Both the position numbers and the translations under genes were made by a program. 64,000 bases of DNA from Candidatus Fimenecus sp. (GTDB lineage: Bacteria > Bacillota > Clostridia > Oscillospirales > Acutalibacteraceae): positions 1,036 to 65,035 of the forward strand of contig JAZSHP010000005.1 in NCBI GenBank assembly GCA_045533355.1, given 5' to 3'. This document shows, one piece after another, positions 63,408 through 64,000 of this stretch; positions within the stretch are counted from its first letter, which is position 1, and the number at the start of each line of letters is the position of its first letter. A model generated the notes under the pieces. It made no database searches and was not told where the DNA came from. It saw nothing but the letters and a program-made list of their open reading frames with translations.

Positions 63408-63525
63408 AAATATCACCTGTTTATATTTTAACAAAGATTTATGTAAAAGTCTATAACAAATTAATATTGAAGACAAATAAAAAATAGTGTATAATTAGTT
63501 TAGTTTAAAGTTAGGAGAAATATTT

Positions 63526-64000
63526 ATGTTTAATGAGTTAATTTTAAAAAGAGAAAGCTGCAGAAATTATAACGGTGAGCCTGTAGATACAGATTTACTC
63601 TTGAAGTGTGTTGATGCAGCAAGACTTTCACCATCTGCTTGTAATTCACAGCCTTGGAAATACTATATTATAAACGGTGGCGAAAATGCAGAAAAAATCA
63701 GAGATTGTATTCAGCCAAACGGTGCGAATAAATTTGTGCAGAATTGCCCTGCATTTGCAATTGTTACTGAACAGACTGCAACTCTTAAATCTTTTGTTAT
63801 TGAAAAGGTTAGAAACAGCCAGAAATGGGCTGAAAATGACATTGGCCTTTCAGTTGCTCATTACTGCTTACAGGCTGCTGATTTAGGTCTTGGCACTTGT
63901 ATTATCGGTATGGTTGAGGAAGATAAAGTCCGTGAATATTTCGGAATTGAAGATAAAATAAGACTTGTTATCGCAACAGGATATTCAGCAGATGAACAAC
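63526..64000 (+). CDS. Nitroreductase-family protein, 5' part (runs off the window edge)
   Basis: This ORF is not in the track because no stop falls within the window. ATG at 63526 lies 8 nt after AGGAG. My own translation gives MFNELILKRESCRNYNGEPVD...ARLSPSACNSQPWKYYII...GLGTCIIG, open to position 64000. SACNSQPW is a nitroreductase hallmark. Confidence 0.8.
   Translation, partial: MFNELILKRESCRNYNGEPVDTDLLLKCVDAARLSPSACNSQPWKYYIINGGENAEKIRDCIQPNGANKFVQNCPAFAIVTEQTATLKSFVIEKVRNSQKWAENDIGLSVAHYCLQAADLGLGTCIIGMVEEDKVREYFGIEDKIRLVIATGYSADEQ

Noticed and set aside
63677-63886. 69-aa plus-strand ORF from the track
   Set aside because: It is out of frame with, and fully contained in, the much better supported nitroreductase ORF. 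That ORF starts at 63526 and stays open to the window edge.

Overview
This is a 64-kb chromosomal window from a low-GC Firmicute. It is most likely a Ruminococcus/Oscillospiraceae-type member of the Clostridia. That guess rests only on gene content: a cohesin-dockerin protein, BspA-type LRR surface proteins and a SpoVD/SpoVE-type dcw cluster. Every gene lies on the minus strand except one IS3-family element and a truncated nitroreductase gene at the right edge.

Layout from left to right:
(1) 0.1-10.3 kb is an accessory surface-protein island. It holds an orphan PstS-like binding protein, small membrane proteins, two DUF6273-like secreted proteins and two BspA-type LRR proteins. All four secreted proteins share one C-terminal module, and there are near-identical DNA repeats at two gene junctions.
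(2) An AraC-family regulator and an orphan TnpV remnant follow.
(3) Housekeeping genes come next: lysS-greA, ctpA-M23 peptidase-ftsX-ftsE, a PucR-type regulator, a pseudouridine synthase, coaD, rsmD, a HAD hydrolase and uvrC.
(4) An IS3-family element sits at about 27070-28411.
(5) 28.5-46.2 kb is the stand-out feature, a 13-gene, single-orientation Ser/Thr phosphosignalling supercluster. It encodes 3 Hanks-type kinases, 2 PP2C phosphatases and 7 FHA domains in 6 proteins. It also encodes an extracellular vWA-TM-FHA protein, an FHA-FHA-ABC ATPase with a GLUG-ectodomain permease, and an orphan LytTR response regulator. Six of its proteins begin with a zinc ribbon. It has its own near-consensus promoter, and its terminator appears to have been split by the IS.
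(6) A small cohesin-dockerin protein follows.
(7) A dcw cluster runs ftsZ-ftsQ-murA-murG-ftsW-mraY-murF-murE-pbp-ftsL-rsmH-mraZ, with no murD, murC or ftsA.
(8) ppa, pncB and the 5' part of a nitroreductase gene close the window.

I found no rRNA, tRNA or CRISPR arrays. Many ORF-track starts are non-ATG upstream extensions. I re-set starts where a Shine-Dalgarno-like sequence plus ATG/GTG/TTG is visible. All domain calls come from motif recognition by eye, not from database searches.
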